Below are positions 20,434 to 29,867 of a stretch of DNA of 64,000 bases, in pieces. The position numbers were made by a program, and so were the translations under genes. Source of the DNA: Nostocales cyanobacterium (GTDB lineage: Bacteria; Cyanobacteriota; Cyanobacteriia; Cyanobacteriales; Nostocaceae); assembly GCA_004293145.1 (NCBI GenBank), contig RDYJ01000007.1:16390-80389 (forward strand), read 5' to 3'. The notes beneath the pieces were generated by a model that saw only the letters and a program-made list of their open reading frames with translations, was not told the DNA's origin and made no database searches. Each line of letters opens with the position of its first letter. Position 1 is the first letter of the stretch.

Positions 20434-21354
20434 TTAAGGATCTGAGGAATTAATTTCCTGATTTTGGTTCATTTGTACTAAAGGAGATTGAGGATTTTTG
20501 AGATCAATATAGGCTATTTGTCTGGGTTTAAATTTTGTTGATAAATACCGCATTTGCATAAGCACCTGGATTTTTTCAGCTAATTGGGCTGTGGGAACAC
20601 CAAGATGTACATTTCCCAGTTCTGTTTTCAAAATTAAATTTGTGGGATCTTGGCAATTAATTTCCATGACTTTGACAGAACTCTGACTGACCGCTTGATA
20701 AAGTTGAGTCCAATAGGAGCGATATTGCTCTGGCGAACCAATAACTTTAAGTGTAGGCAATTTACTCTTGGGATTAAGTGCCGTGTATTTTTCCAGAGGA
20801 ATTAAAGCCCCACTAGCATCCAGTAAACTTAACTCACCCTGTTTGCTCCGTGTCTGACTATTTTGCAGACATGAAGGTGTTGATGTTCTCGAAGATTTTT
20901 CTGAAGATTGAGGCTGAGTAATGCAATTAGCTGTGCTTTGCTCTAGTAGGGTGTGAGTCATGGCCACTGGTAATCTTTCTTGAATTTCAATCATTAACCC
21001 AGGGGGAAACAAACGACGGCTGACAATTGCTTGGGCAATAGCTGGTTGTGCTTCTAAACTCTCAGCAATTGTAGAAGGTTCAATTCGCCATAAAGATTGG
21101 GGATAGGAAAGCACCAGCAGCGACTGAATCGTTTGCTCGGATAATAATTGTTTGCCCGATGTCATGACTATTTGTGCAGGAGCTTTTAGCACCCATATTG
21201 GTTGGATTGTCACCCATAGTAATCCACTTGCCAAACCACTAGCAGCCAAGGTTCGCCAAATAGCCTGGATAATTTTCATCTGCCGCTGCTGACGTAATTT
21301 TTTACGGCGTTGAGCTAAATCTTGACGAGAAACTGATACTATACCACCAGCCAT
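20434..21354 (-). CDS. ftsQ: Cell division protein FtsQ
   Basis: Basic N-terminus, single TM, POTRA-like region, YIDL motif; upstream of ftsZ. Confidence 0.9.
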   Translation of the reverse strand: MAGGIVSVSRQDLAQRRKKLRQQRQMKIIQAIWRTLAASGLASGLLWVTIQPIWVLKAPAQIVMTSGKQLLSEQTIQSLLVLSYPQSLWRIEPSTIAESLEAQPAIAQAIVSRRLFPPGLMIEIQERLPVAMTHTLLEQSTANCITQPQSSEKSSRTSTPSCLQNSQTRSKQGELSLLDASGALIPLEKYTALNPKSKLPTLKVIGSPEQYRSYWTQLYQAVSQSSVKVMEINCQDPTNLILKTELGNVHLGVPTAQLAEKIQVLMQMRYLSTKFKPRQIAYIDLKNPQSPLVQMNQNQEINSSDP

Positions 21355-21539
21355 GAAAACCCCTTTCTGGTTTCGGTCTAATTTGTGAAATGATCCTATG
21401 GATGATCCAGAAAAAACTGGAAAACCCTTGATACTGTAGCAGGTTTAGCTAATTATTTGTAGCGCCAGTTATTCGTCATTGGGAATAGGAAATGGAGAAT
21501 GGGAACAGTAAAAGACGATAACTAAAAAATAAGCGATTT

Positions 21540-21630
21540 TATAGTATGTGACAGGTGACAGGGTTGAAAGTCTTTTTATGTCTAGGTTTCATCATCCGTT
21601 AATGTCCTAACTACCTTGGCGGTTACTATC
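21540..21630. repeat. Dispersed MITE-like repeat (GTGACAG heptamers)
   Basis: Homologous to 32812..32890 (gaaagtc.ttttatgtctag...gttaatgtcctaa..accttgg). Confidence 0.65.
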
Positions 21631-21632
21631 AC

Positions 21633-22046
21633 TTACCATTCCAACCAATTCTCAGTATCCAGCGAGTCGTTCGTGTTTTTGCTGACAGGATTGTCTTCAC
21701 CAATATCTACTGCTAAATTTACTAAAAACGCTTGTAATCGCATACGTTCAATATAAGGCCAGCCCCCTTCAGACTCAATGTCTTTAAGCAGGGCGTAGAG
21801 TCGCTGGCGGTTATCAGGTAGGCAATCTTGAAAAATTCCATCCCGAATCTCTTTATGTAACTTTTCCAACTGTCTCAGCAATGTTAATAATGCTGTAACA
21901 TCTCCGTGACAAGCTTGGACTGCATCTTGTACCGTAGCGGCGATCGCTGGCAGTTTAGTAGACAAATTCCCCGCTGGCAAATTTTGGTCATTGTTCATGT
22001 AATTTTCTGCTGCTGTTCTATAAAAGTAATACAATACCCGAAACAC
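21633..22046 (-). CDS. Conserved cyanobacterial hypothetical protein; likely start at MNNDQ
   Basis: LLTLLRQLEKLHKEIRD..LPDNRQRLY.LLKDIE.EGGWPYIERMRL motif. Confidence 0.75.
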   Translation of the reverse strand: MFRVLYYFYRTAAENYMNNDQNLPAGNLSTKLPAIAATVQDAVQACHGDVTALLTLLRQLEKLHKEIRDGIFQDCLPDNRQRLYALLKDIESEGGWPYIERMRLQAFLVNLAVDIGEDNPVSKNTNDSLDTENWLEW

Positions 22047-22143
22047 CCGAAAAAAGGGAGGATGGGCAGGGGGAAGAGCGGGATTACCAAAAGCAAGAGA
22101 TGATCAGACAAAGAACTACTAATGAAGAACGGCTAATTGTCAA

Positions 22144-22297
22144 TTGATTGATGCCAATGTGAATGGTAGTTTGAATATTGTATGTAAATTCATCCCAACA
22201 GATTTTATCTTAGGGATAAAGGGTGTTGTAGTCTGCCCTGTCGGGATTATTCCTGACTAACAAAGAGTATGAGAGCAATCCTTATACTTTTTGTCAC
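22144..22297 (+). mobile_element. IS200/IS605 TnpB C-terminal remnant with right-end hairpin
   Basis: Translates LIDANVNGSLNIVCKFIPTDFILGIKGVVVCPVGIIPD*, resembling the TnpB RuvC-III NADxNGSxNI end; aaagagtatgag...cttatacttt hairpin follows. Confidence 0.65.
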
Positions 22298-22445
22298 TAT
22301 GTCTTAGCTCATTTCCCTGTCAAGTCAGGAGTTGTATGTAGTGGCGCTACATACATAATACATTAAAACTACTCAGCGAAATGCGTTGAATTACGTTTAG
22401 TAGAGCAGTTTTACAACTTAGATATTAATGACATTGAGGTTGACC

Positions 22446-23279
22446 ATGAGGTATCGCGCTTTAATAGTTGCATTCTTGGCTTTATGTTTGGGGCTGGTAA
22501 CTGCTTGTAGTGATGCACCTTCATCTAGCGGCAAAGACTTGCTTACTTACGAACAAATTCGAGGCACTGGCTTGGCTAACAAATGCCCTCAGTTGGCAGA
22601 AACCAGCCGTGGTTCTATTGCTCTGGATGGCAGTCAGTCTTACACTATCCAGGCACTTTGTTTAGAACCCACCAATTACTTTGTCAAAGAAGAACCTGCT
22701 AACAAACGCCAAAAAGCTGAATTTATAGATGGTAAATTGGTGACTAGGTATACTTCCACTATTGACCAAGTACAAGGTGACTTAAAAATCAACCCAGATA
22801 ATAGTCTGACCTTTGCTGAAAAAGATGGTCTTGACTTCCAAGCCATCACCGTCAAACTTCCTGGTGGTGAACTAGTACCTTTCCTGTTTACTATCAAAAA
22901 CTTGGTTGCAACAACACAGCCTAATTTGACCAGCATTAACACCTCAACTGACTTTGAAGGTACTTTTAAGGTTCCTTCCTATCGTGGTGCTGCTTTCCTA
23001 GATCCCAAAGGTCGTGGTGTAGTCAGTGGCTATGATAATGCTGTGGCTTTACCTGCCCAAGCAGACGATGATGATTTAACTCGTACCAATGTCAAGCGGG
23101 CAGAAATCCTCAATGGCAAGATTTCTTTACAAGTAGCGAAGGTAGACAGTGCTACTGGTGAAATAGCTGGTACTTTTGAAAGTGAACAGCCTTCTGATAC
23201 AGACTTAGGTGCTGGCGAACCTAAAGAAGTCAAGATTCGTGGTTTATTTTATGGTCGCGTTGAAGCAAATCGCGGCTAA
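22446..23279 (+). CDS. psbO: Photosystem II manganese-stabilizing protein
   Basis: GTGLANKCP, FLDPKGRG, GYDNAVALP and QPSDTDLG motifs. Confidence 0.98.
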   Translation: MRYRALIVAFLALCLGLVTACSDAPSSSGKDLLTYEQIRGTGLANKCPQLAETSRGSIALDGSQSYTIQALCLEPTNYFVKEEPANKRQKAEFIDGKLVTRYTSTIDQVQGDLKINPDNSLTFAEKDGLDFQAITVKLPGGELVPFLFTIKNLVATTQPNLTSINTSTDFEGTFKVPSYRGAAFLDPKGRGVVSGYDNAVALPAQADDDDLTRTNVKRAEILNGKISLQVAKVDSATGEIAGTFESEQPSDTDLGAGEPKEVKIRGLFYGRVEANRG

Positions 23280-23301
23280 ATCCTGATAATTAATCAAACT
23301 T

Positions 23302-23346
23302 AACCCAACTGCCCCCAGAAAAAAGCAGGGCAGTTGGGTTTTTTTA
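23302..23346 (+). terminator. psbO terminator
   Basis: aacccaactgccc...gggcagttgggtt followed by a T-run. Confidence 0.8.
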
Positions 23347-23841
23347 CTGATGAAAAACTTTTTCCGGCTCCCTAATCCTCCGTGTTTTCCCAGTAAATCA
23401 ACGGTAATGAAATTAGTTTTTGTCAGGATGAGATGAATCTCATAGGAGCAGATACGTACTATTACGAGTCTTGAAATTTGACCAATCTAGAAACATAATG
23501 AATATGATGCCTGGCTACTTATAAGTAAATCTCATATTGCGTTTGTTAAATTAAGTACGATTTCGGTTTGACATTGGGGACATAATTGTATATTTTGATT
23601 CTATATTATTTGTTTAATAAGCTACAACATACCAATTTTAATTAGATCAGCAAAAAAGCAACTTTGCTCAAAATCGCGCTAGATTTTCAACCCATCCTCA
23701 GAATCATGATCTGGACAAAAGCTTAAGTACATCTGATGGGTTTATGGGTTGTGGAGAAACAGTGTCTATTTGATAGCGCGATTACAGCTAGGTCTAAGAG
23801 CGATTAATAAACCCACTATTTGCTCCCATCCCCGATGTGCC

Positions 23842-24621
23842 ATGCCAACTACAGCCACGAACGAACTGAAACATGAGATATCGCAATTGTTGCGAGAATA
23901 TGAGCAATATCCCTCAGAACGCCTCCGCAATGAACTGGTGAAACTGAATTTGGGACTGGTAAGGAAGGAAGCTCATTACTGGATCAATCAATGTCATGAA
24001 AGTTATGAAGATTTGCTCCAGGTCGGCTGTTTGGGTTTGATTAGAGCGATTGAAAAATTTGAACTTTCTAAAGGACACGCCTTTAGTTCCTACGCTACTC
24101 CTTATATTCGTGGGGAAATTCAACACTACCTGCGAGATAAAGGCGTGACCATGCGAATACCCAGGCGCTGGTTAGCACTTCAACAGCAAGCCATAGGGGT
24201 TACCCGTTCTTGGCGAGAAAAATACAATCGCCAACCTACTGATGCGGAATTAGCAGTAGCATTATCAATATCCCAGAGTGAATGGCAAGAGATTAAATTA
24301 GCATGGGTGAATCGTTCTCCTTTGAGCTTGGATGTGCCAATCCAGGATGGAGAAGAGGGGGCTACTTGCTTGGGTGAATTAGTGCCTGATCCTCACTACC
24401 GCAGCTTTCAACTAGCTCAAGAAGACCAAATGCGACTGCAACAAGCACTGGTGCAGTTGGAGAACCGCACCCGTGAAGTCTTAGAGTGCGTATTTTTGCA
24501 TGATTTGACACAAAAGCAAGTAGCAGAACATTTAGGTATTAGTGTAGTTACTGTTTCTCGTAGAGTCAAAAAAGGTCTGGATTTGTTGAAACAATTGATG
24601 GGCGCAGCAGATAATGAATAG
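23842..24621 (+). CDS. sigF: Group 3 sigma factor SigF
   Basis: NLGLVRKEAH, DLLQVGCLGLIRAIEKF, YIRGEIQHYLRD and region 4 HTH; ATG 23842 preferred. Confidence 0.9.
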   Translation: MPTTATNELKHEISQLLREYEQYPSERLRNELVKLNLGLVRKEAHYWINQCHESYEDLLQVGCLGLIRAIEKFELSKGHAFSSYATPYIRGEIQHYLRDKGVTMRIPRRWLALQQQAIGVTRSWREKYNRQPTDAELAVALSISQSEWQEIKLAWVNRSPLSLDVPIQDGEEGATCLGELVPDPHYRSFQLAQEDQMRLQQALVQLENRTREVLECVFLHDLTQKQVAEHLGISVVTVSRRVKKGLDLLKQLMGAADNE

Positions 24622-24649
24622 CCAATCATCTGCAAGGTTGTGCTGGGTG

Positions 24650-24798
24650 ATCCGATTTTGGATGTTGGATTTTGGTGAAGCAGCGTGGTGATTCCAGTCC
24701 TGAAGGCGGGTTTACCGCCGTAGGTAAGTGGCGAACCGGAAGGGATTGACCTTACTGATAAATCCGGGGGTTTATACCATAAAGGAATTATTGAGCAA
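24650..24798. repeat. Dispersed repeat with nested palindromic insert
   Basis: gattttgga.. start and gataaatccggggg.ttatacca.aaggaattattg end, shared with 15793..15875 and partly with 2754..2832. Confidence 0.6.
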
Positions 24799-24937
24799 AA
24801 GTGTTAAAAATGACGCTCGCAATGTCAAAATGTAGGTTATAAAAGAAGCAGACTTCGCCTTAAATATTAAATATAAACAAAATTTGGGCGTGTTAATTTC
24901 CACTAGTAAACTTTCCTATGGCTTTCGAGAACAGCTA

Positions 24938-25837
24938 ATGGGTATAAATTCACAAATTACAGCTGCGGCTATTTTAATGTTGGCGATCGCTGGATGTACG
25001 ATAGGAGATACACCAGAAGCTACCAACACTGGTACACCCCCGCCTACTCCCCAAACGGAAGCGCAGAAACCAGCAGAAAAGACACCTTTTACCGATCCTG
25101 TTGTTTCTCCTAAAACGAATCAAGCAATCAATCCAAATAATCCTGGTTTGATTGAATCGACTAAAGGAGATGTGCGTGCTGATTTGGTGCAGAAAGGGCG
25201 AACTGACCCATTTGCGGAAATTGTCAAGCCGATATTACCGCCAATGTCCAATGGTTCGCAGCAGCAAAAAGAAGTTCCTACATTACCTCCTCTGCCTATT
25301 CAACCCATCCAACCACAAGCAGGTCAGACAGGGCAAACAGGGCAAACAGGGCAAACAGGGCAAATAGGGCAAATAGGAACTCCAAGACAACCACAAACAA
25401 ATACAGCCCAGGTGGGGCAAAATGGCAAGCCTGGTTCAAAATCTGCCAACTTGCCTAAACCAAAACCGCCACTAACTCCGGTTCTGCCCAAGGTTTTACC
25501 GCAAGTTATCGCTAAAGCGCCAATTAAACCTGTATTACCACCACCACCACAACCTGAAGCTGCACAAGCAATTTTTGTCAGAGGTGTAGTGTTGATTGGT
25601 AGAGAACCCCAGGCAATTATTGAGGTGCCGCAGGAACCAAGCCGTTATGTACAAGCTGGGCAAAGATTGGGTAATGGTGTTTTAATTAAACGGATTGAAA
25701 TGAACAGAGGTTCTGAGCCGATTGTCATTTTTGAACAATACGGAATTGAAGTAGCCAAAAAAGTGGAAGAAGAAAACAAAGCTGATCCATCAAAAGCTGC
25801 TGCTGGTGGTTTAATTTCAATGGATACATCGATTTAA
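24938..25837 (+). CDS. Proline-rich lipoprotein (PilP/GspC-like C-terminal domain) with GQT repeats
   Basis: Lipobox LAIAGC, GRTDPF motif, C-terminal beta domain; 9-bp tandem repeat 25322-25378. Confidence 0.65.
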   Translation: MGINSQITAAAILMLAIAGCTIGDTPEATNTGTPPPTPQTEAQKPAEKTPFTDPVVSPKTNQAINPNNPGLIESTKGDVRADLVQKGRTDPFAEIVKPILPPMSNGSQQQKEVPTLPPLPIQPIQPQAGQTGQTGQTGQTGQIGQIGTPRQPQTNTAQVGQNGKPGSKSANLPKPKPPLTPVLPKVLPQVIAKAPIKPVLPPPPQPEAAQAIFVRGVVLIGREPQAIIEVPQEPSRYVQAGQRLGNGVLIKRIEMNRGSEPIVIFEQYGIEVAKKVEEENKADPSKAAAGGLISMDTSI

Positions 25838-25997
25838 ATGTGTGCTGTTGTTAAACTCTGAATCTGATTTGAAAGGGGGTAGTTTCGGCTATCAATCAAA
25901 GCAGGTTCAATTTAGCTTATTCTGCTGTTGGCAAAAAATCAGACATAAACATAAAATTGATTTAATAACCGGACATTTCCGGTTTTATCTTGTTTGT

Positions 25998-26249
25998 ATG
26001 GAACAGATTTACCAAAAAATTGAATTCCCTAATTTACCTTTAGCTGTATATCGAGAAATAGCTGCACATTTGCGGCAAGTAGAAGGGGTTGATGTGGATT
26101 TAATTCCACAAACTTCTTCAGAATTTGATTACTATCAAAGTCAAATTGCTGGTTTGTCTATTTCTTGGCAACCACATACTAACGAGGATAGGGTTAAGCA
26201 AATTTTGGCTTACTATCAAAATCGTTATGGTACTTCTTCTTTGGCATAA
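25998..26249 (+). CDS. Conserved cyanobacterial hypothetical protein
   Basis: LPLAVYREIAAHLRQVEGV and FDYYQSQI motifs; ATG 25998 preferred. Confidence 0.7.
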   Translation: MEQIYQKIEFPNLPLAVYREIAAHLRQVEGVDVDLIPQTSSEFDYYQSQIAGLSISWQPHTNEDRVKQILAYYQNRYGTSSLA

Positions 26250-26303
26250 TTACCTGACACTTCCAAATCGACAAGTATTGAACTACTGCTGAGAGTGGTT
26301 ATT

Positions 26304-26861
26304 CTAGGGGAAAACCCGCAATCTCGAACTGTTGCAGCGCCAATCATTTCGATTAATCTTTTCGCAACCAGCCCGGATCATGGCATCATCAGGCACACCG
26401 GGAGTGGAATAACGCCAACGTCCTTCTACTGTTGGTCCAGACCTTGCTTGTAGTTCGATATTTTGTGAGTGATGATTTTGGAAAAAAACCCGCAATCTGG
26501 AACTGTTGCAGCGCCAATCATCTCTATTAATCTTTTCGCAACCAGCCCGAATCATCGCATCATCAGGCACACCGGGGGTTGAATAACGCCAACGCCCTTC
26601 TACTGTTGGTCCAGACCTTGCCCGTAATTCTAAGGATTCATCTCTGTTTCTATCGTTACTCCAGTCCTGATCTCGCTGATCACGACAAGCGATCGCTGCG
26701 TTAGTTTCAGTGATACCATCATTCATGAGGCTTCGCATACATCTCTGGATTGACTCTCCAGCTATTGCAGGAGTTGTTAACTGCATCCAAGTTACAGCAC
26801 TTCCAAATGCTGCCAAAGCAAGGACAGATAGGCAAGTATATTTTCTACGATTGAGTTGCAT
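26304..26861 (-). CDS. Secreted protein with two near-identical ~50-aa Cys-containing domains
   Basis: Signal peptide ending AIA; ARSGPTVEGRWRYSTPGVPDDAMIRAGCEKINRxDWRCNSSRLRVF occurs twice at 174-bp period. Confidence 0.8.
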   Translation of the reverse strand: MQLNRRKYTCLSVLALAAFGSAVTWMQLTTPAIAGESIQRCMRSLMNDGITETNAAIACRDQRDQDWSNDRNRDESLELRARSGPTVEGRWRYSTPGVPDDAMIRAGCEKINRDDWRCNSSRLRVFFQNHHSQNIELQARSGPTVEGRWRYSTPGVPDDAMIRAGCEKINRNDWRCNSSRLRVFP

Positions 26862-27068
26862 AATTTTTTTCCCAATTAAAGTTGAGGTGTAATATTAATT
26901 CTTTGCGATGTCTGTTTCAACTTGATGTGTCAATCATAAAGTCAGGTATTAAATTAAAACTTCCCACCATTGATTCACCCGATAGGATGAGTCGATTGAC
27001 TTAATCTACTTTTTGGAAATTATTAATTCTCTCGAATTCCGGTATTAACCCAAACTCCCACTAAAAAC

Positions 27069-28517
27069 CTATCTTCGACAATTCTCACAATGTCCACAAC
27101 GCCAATTTTCAGCTTCTTTCCCAAAACCAAAAGCATTTAATAAAAACTGCCAACGACACTTTTTAGTATGCAAATATTCACCCATTTGTTTAGCAGCTTG
27201 TAATTGCATTTGTGGCTGATTTCCCGACTTTGCAGAAATCGTATAATGAAAAGGATCAATCCATTGCAATTGTCCACTACTATGAAGTAAAGAAAGCGCG
27301 GTTGCACCATCAGGAAATTGTTTAATTACAGATGTTACTTCTCCCTGTTTTGGTAACTTTTTCGCTAACTGTTGGGCTTTTTGTTGTTGCTTCAACATCT
27401 GTTGTTCAAAAAACTGCTGTCTTTGTTTATCTTCAGCATCTAAAAAACCCGTCGGTTCACTAATTAAAGTTAACGCTTCCGCAGGTTTTCCATCTCTTCC
27501 CGCACGTCCAATTTCCTGCACATATTCCGATAATAAATGTGGTGCATGAAAATGAATCACCCAACGGACATTACTTTTATTTATACCCATACCAAAAGCA
27601 CAGGTACAAACCACGAAGGGCATTTTTCCATTTAACCAACTTGCTTCTACTGCTCGTCTTTCCGTTGCACCTAAACCAGCATGATAACTAGCAGTATTAT
27701 ACCCTAATTCTGTTAACCATTCCGCTAATTCTTCGCTATCTTTACGAGTTCTCACATAAATCAAACCGGCTTGATTTTGATGATTTTGAATAAACTTTAA
27801 TAATTGTTGTTTTCTCCCTTTTGGTGTCCAAGCAATTTTCACACTAAGATGTAAATTATTACGGTAAGGATTAAGTTTATAACTATCAGGTTTCTGTAAT
27901 TGTAAAACATCAGCAATTATCTTTTGTGCTGAAGGATCAGCCGTTGCAGTAAAAGCTGCTAAACTAATTTTTGTACCTGGTGGTTTTGATTTTAATAACG
28001 CTGGACGAACTGCACCTAAACGTCGATAAGCTGGACGAAAAGTATCACCCCATTGTACTAAACAATGTGCTTCATCAAGGATAATTCCATTAATTTGTAA
28101 TTGGGGATGAGATAATCTTTCCCACACTGGGGAACTTAATAAAGTTTCTGGTGATAAATATAATAATCTAAGTTGTTGTTTTTCTAAAGCTTGCAAAGTT
28201 GCACGACGTTGGGATGTAGATAATTCACTATGTAAAAGTGCAGCTTTTTGATTTCGTTGTTTGAGTTCTTCAACTTGATTTTCCATCAATGCAACTAAGG
28301 GAGAAACTACCAAAGTTAATCCTGTGTTTAATAATGCGGGAAGTTGAAAACAAATTGATTTTCCCCCTCCTGTGGGCATAATAATTAATGCGTCTTTTTG
28401 GGATAATAAACTTTTGACAATTTCTCCCTGTGGGGGACGAAAATCATCATAACCCCAGATTTGCTTTAAGGCGGTGCGGACTTCGGTTAATGAAGTGGTG
28501 GGTCGATTCATAATCAT
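27069..28517 (-). CDS. recQ: RecQ-family DNA helicase
   Basis: MPTGGGKS, DEAH, TATA and QEIGRAGRDG motifs; C-terminal Zn-binding CGHCENC. Confidence 0.93.
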   Translation of the reverse strand: MIMNRPTTSLTEVRTALKQIWGYDDFRPPQGEIVKSLLSQKDALIIMPTGGGKSICFQLPALLNTGLTLVVSPLVALMENQVEELKQRNQKAALLHSELSTSQRRATLQALEKQQLRLLYLSPETLLSSPVWERLSHPQLQINGIILDEAHCLVQWGDTFRPAYRRLGAVRPALLKSKPPGTKISLAAFTATADPSAQKIIADVLQLQKPDSYKLNPYRNNLHLSVKIAWTPKGRKQQLLKFIQNHQNQAGLIYVRTRKDSEELAEWLTELGYNTASYHAGLGATERRAVEASWLNGKMPFVVCTCAFGMGINKSNVRWVIHFHAPHLLSEYVQEIGRAGRDGKPAEALTLISEPTGFLDAEDKQRQQFFEQQMLKQQQKAQQLAKKLPKQGEVTSVIKQFPDGATALSLLHSSGQLQWIDPFHYTISAKSGNQPQMQLQAAKQMGEYLHTKKCRWQFLLNAFGFGKEAENWRCGHCENCRR

Positions 28518-28607
28518 TGAAATATGTAATTGCTAAATTTATCTTTGTATACACCTATGTGATATGATGAGATGTTGTTGTAAAAATTATACTCTAAAAA
28601 ATGACGC

Positions 28608-29318
28608 ATGATTCAAACTTTTAATATTTACTGTGATGAAAGCTGCCATTTGGAAAATGACCACCAGTCGAAAATGGTGTTGGGTGCAGTTTGGTGTCCT
28701 TTAGAAAAAACCAGAGAAATTTCAGTTCAAATCCGCGAAATTAAGAAAAGACATCATCTAAAACCAGAGTTTGAAATTAAATGGACAAAAGTTTCACCAG
28801 CTAAAATACAGTTTTATCTGGAATTAATAGATTATTTCTTTGATAATGAAAATTTGCATTTTCGAGGTCTTATTGTAGCAGACAAATCCCAACTACAACA
28901 TGACTCTTACAATCAAACTCATGATGATTGGTATTATAAAATGTATTTTACATTGCTCAAGGTAATTCTCAGTCCTCAAGCACATTATAGAATTTACTTG
29001 GACATTAAAGACACACAAGGAGCAAAAAAAGTTGCAAAATTACATGATGTACTTTCTAACAATCTCCTTGATTTTTCACGCCAGATAATTGAAAAGCTGC
29101 AAACTGTGCGTTCTCACGAAGTCGAAATTTTGCAGCTTGCAGACCTTTTAATTGGAACTATTTCTTATATAAATCGAGGACTTTCTAGCAATGCTGCTAA
29201 AAATGCCTTAGTTGAGAGAATGCGCGATCGCTCTGGCTATAGTTTAACTAAAACTACTCTCTATCTGGAAAATAAGGTAAATCTTCTCTGCTGGCAACCT
29301 GCGGAGGTTTTACAATGA
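28608..29318 (+). CDS. DUF3800-family protein (RNase H-like fold)
   Basis: N-terminal IYCDES, EIKW and C-terminal SHEVEILQLADLL motifs typical of DUF3800. Confidence 0.85.
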   Translation: MIQTFNIYCDESCHLENDHQSKMVLGAVWCPLEKTREISVQIREIKKRHHLKPEFEIKWTKVSPAKIQFYLELIDYFFDNENLHFRGLIVADKSQLQHDSYNQTHDDWYYKMYFTLLKVILSPQAHYRIYLDIKDTQGAKKVAKLHDVLSNNLLDFSRQIIEKLQTVRSHEVEILQLADLLIGTISYINRGLSSNAAKNALVERMRDRSGYSLTKTTLYLENKVNLLCWQPAEVLQ

Positions 29319-29809
29319 CACAACCGAGTTGGCTGCCACCTTTGGTTTTATTTAATGATTATGGTGGTAATTGGGAAGTTTATCTGGAGGCAATTTACAG
29401 TATTTTTAAAACCGATTTTATTGATAGCAAACCTAACTTTAAAGGTATCAGATTTAGTCTTAAACGTCATCCTTTATTTCAAGATAAAGAAGCCACTTTC
29501 TGGCACGTTACCTCAGAAGGTAGCCAAGAAACAGAACGCATTCCTGATTTTCGTCGTTGTGAACGCATCCGTTGGCTAAGACCTATAATTGAAAATGCCG
29601 AAGATCCGGCTATAAAACTCTGGGAAAATGACCGAAAAGGGGAAAAACGTATATGTCTGTGGCTAGAAGCTGAGGAATATCTTGTAATTTTGGCTAAACG
29701 TGAAGAATATGTGCTTTTGTGGACTGCTTATTTAGTTACCCAAGCACATAGGAAGCGAAAACTACAAAAAGAATATGAAGCCTATAAAATGGCTAATGCC
29801 GCTGATTAG
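29315..29809 (+). CDS. Hypothetical protein, possible BECR/RelE-like nuclease, coupled to the DUF3800 gene
   Basis: ATGA overlap; FWHVTS, RCERIRW and YLVIL...LLWTAY pattern suggests a BECR-fold RNase (inference). Confidence 0.7.
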   Translation: MTQPSWLPPLVLFNDYGGNWEVYLEAIYSIFKTDFIDSKPNFKGIRFSLKRHPLFQDKEATFWHVTSEGSQETERIPDFRRCERIRWLRPIIENAEDPAIKLWENDRKGEKRICLWLEAEEYLVILAKREEYVLLWTAYLVTQAHRKRKLQKEYEAYKMANAAD

Positions 29810-29861
29810 GCGGCATCGTTACTCCTTCTACGCTTGGCAGATGAGCTAAATATTGTTTCTT
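29785..29861 (-). ncRNA. Candidate structured small RNA convergent with the DUF3800 operon
   Basis: Two hairpins (29821-29846, 29795-29817) with three G-U pairs that form only on the minus strand; directly downstream of a perfect sigma70 promoter. Confidence 0.65.
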
Positions 29862-29867
29862 GGTTTT

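Noticed and set aside
29826-29842. TTCTAC-GCTTG-GCAGAT resembles a Cas12a direct-repeat stem
   Set aside because: Single copy, no spacers, no cas genes, and the stem pairs fully only on the opposite strand; treated as part of the candidate ncRNA.
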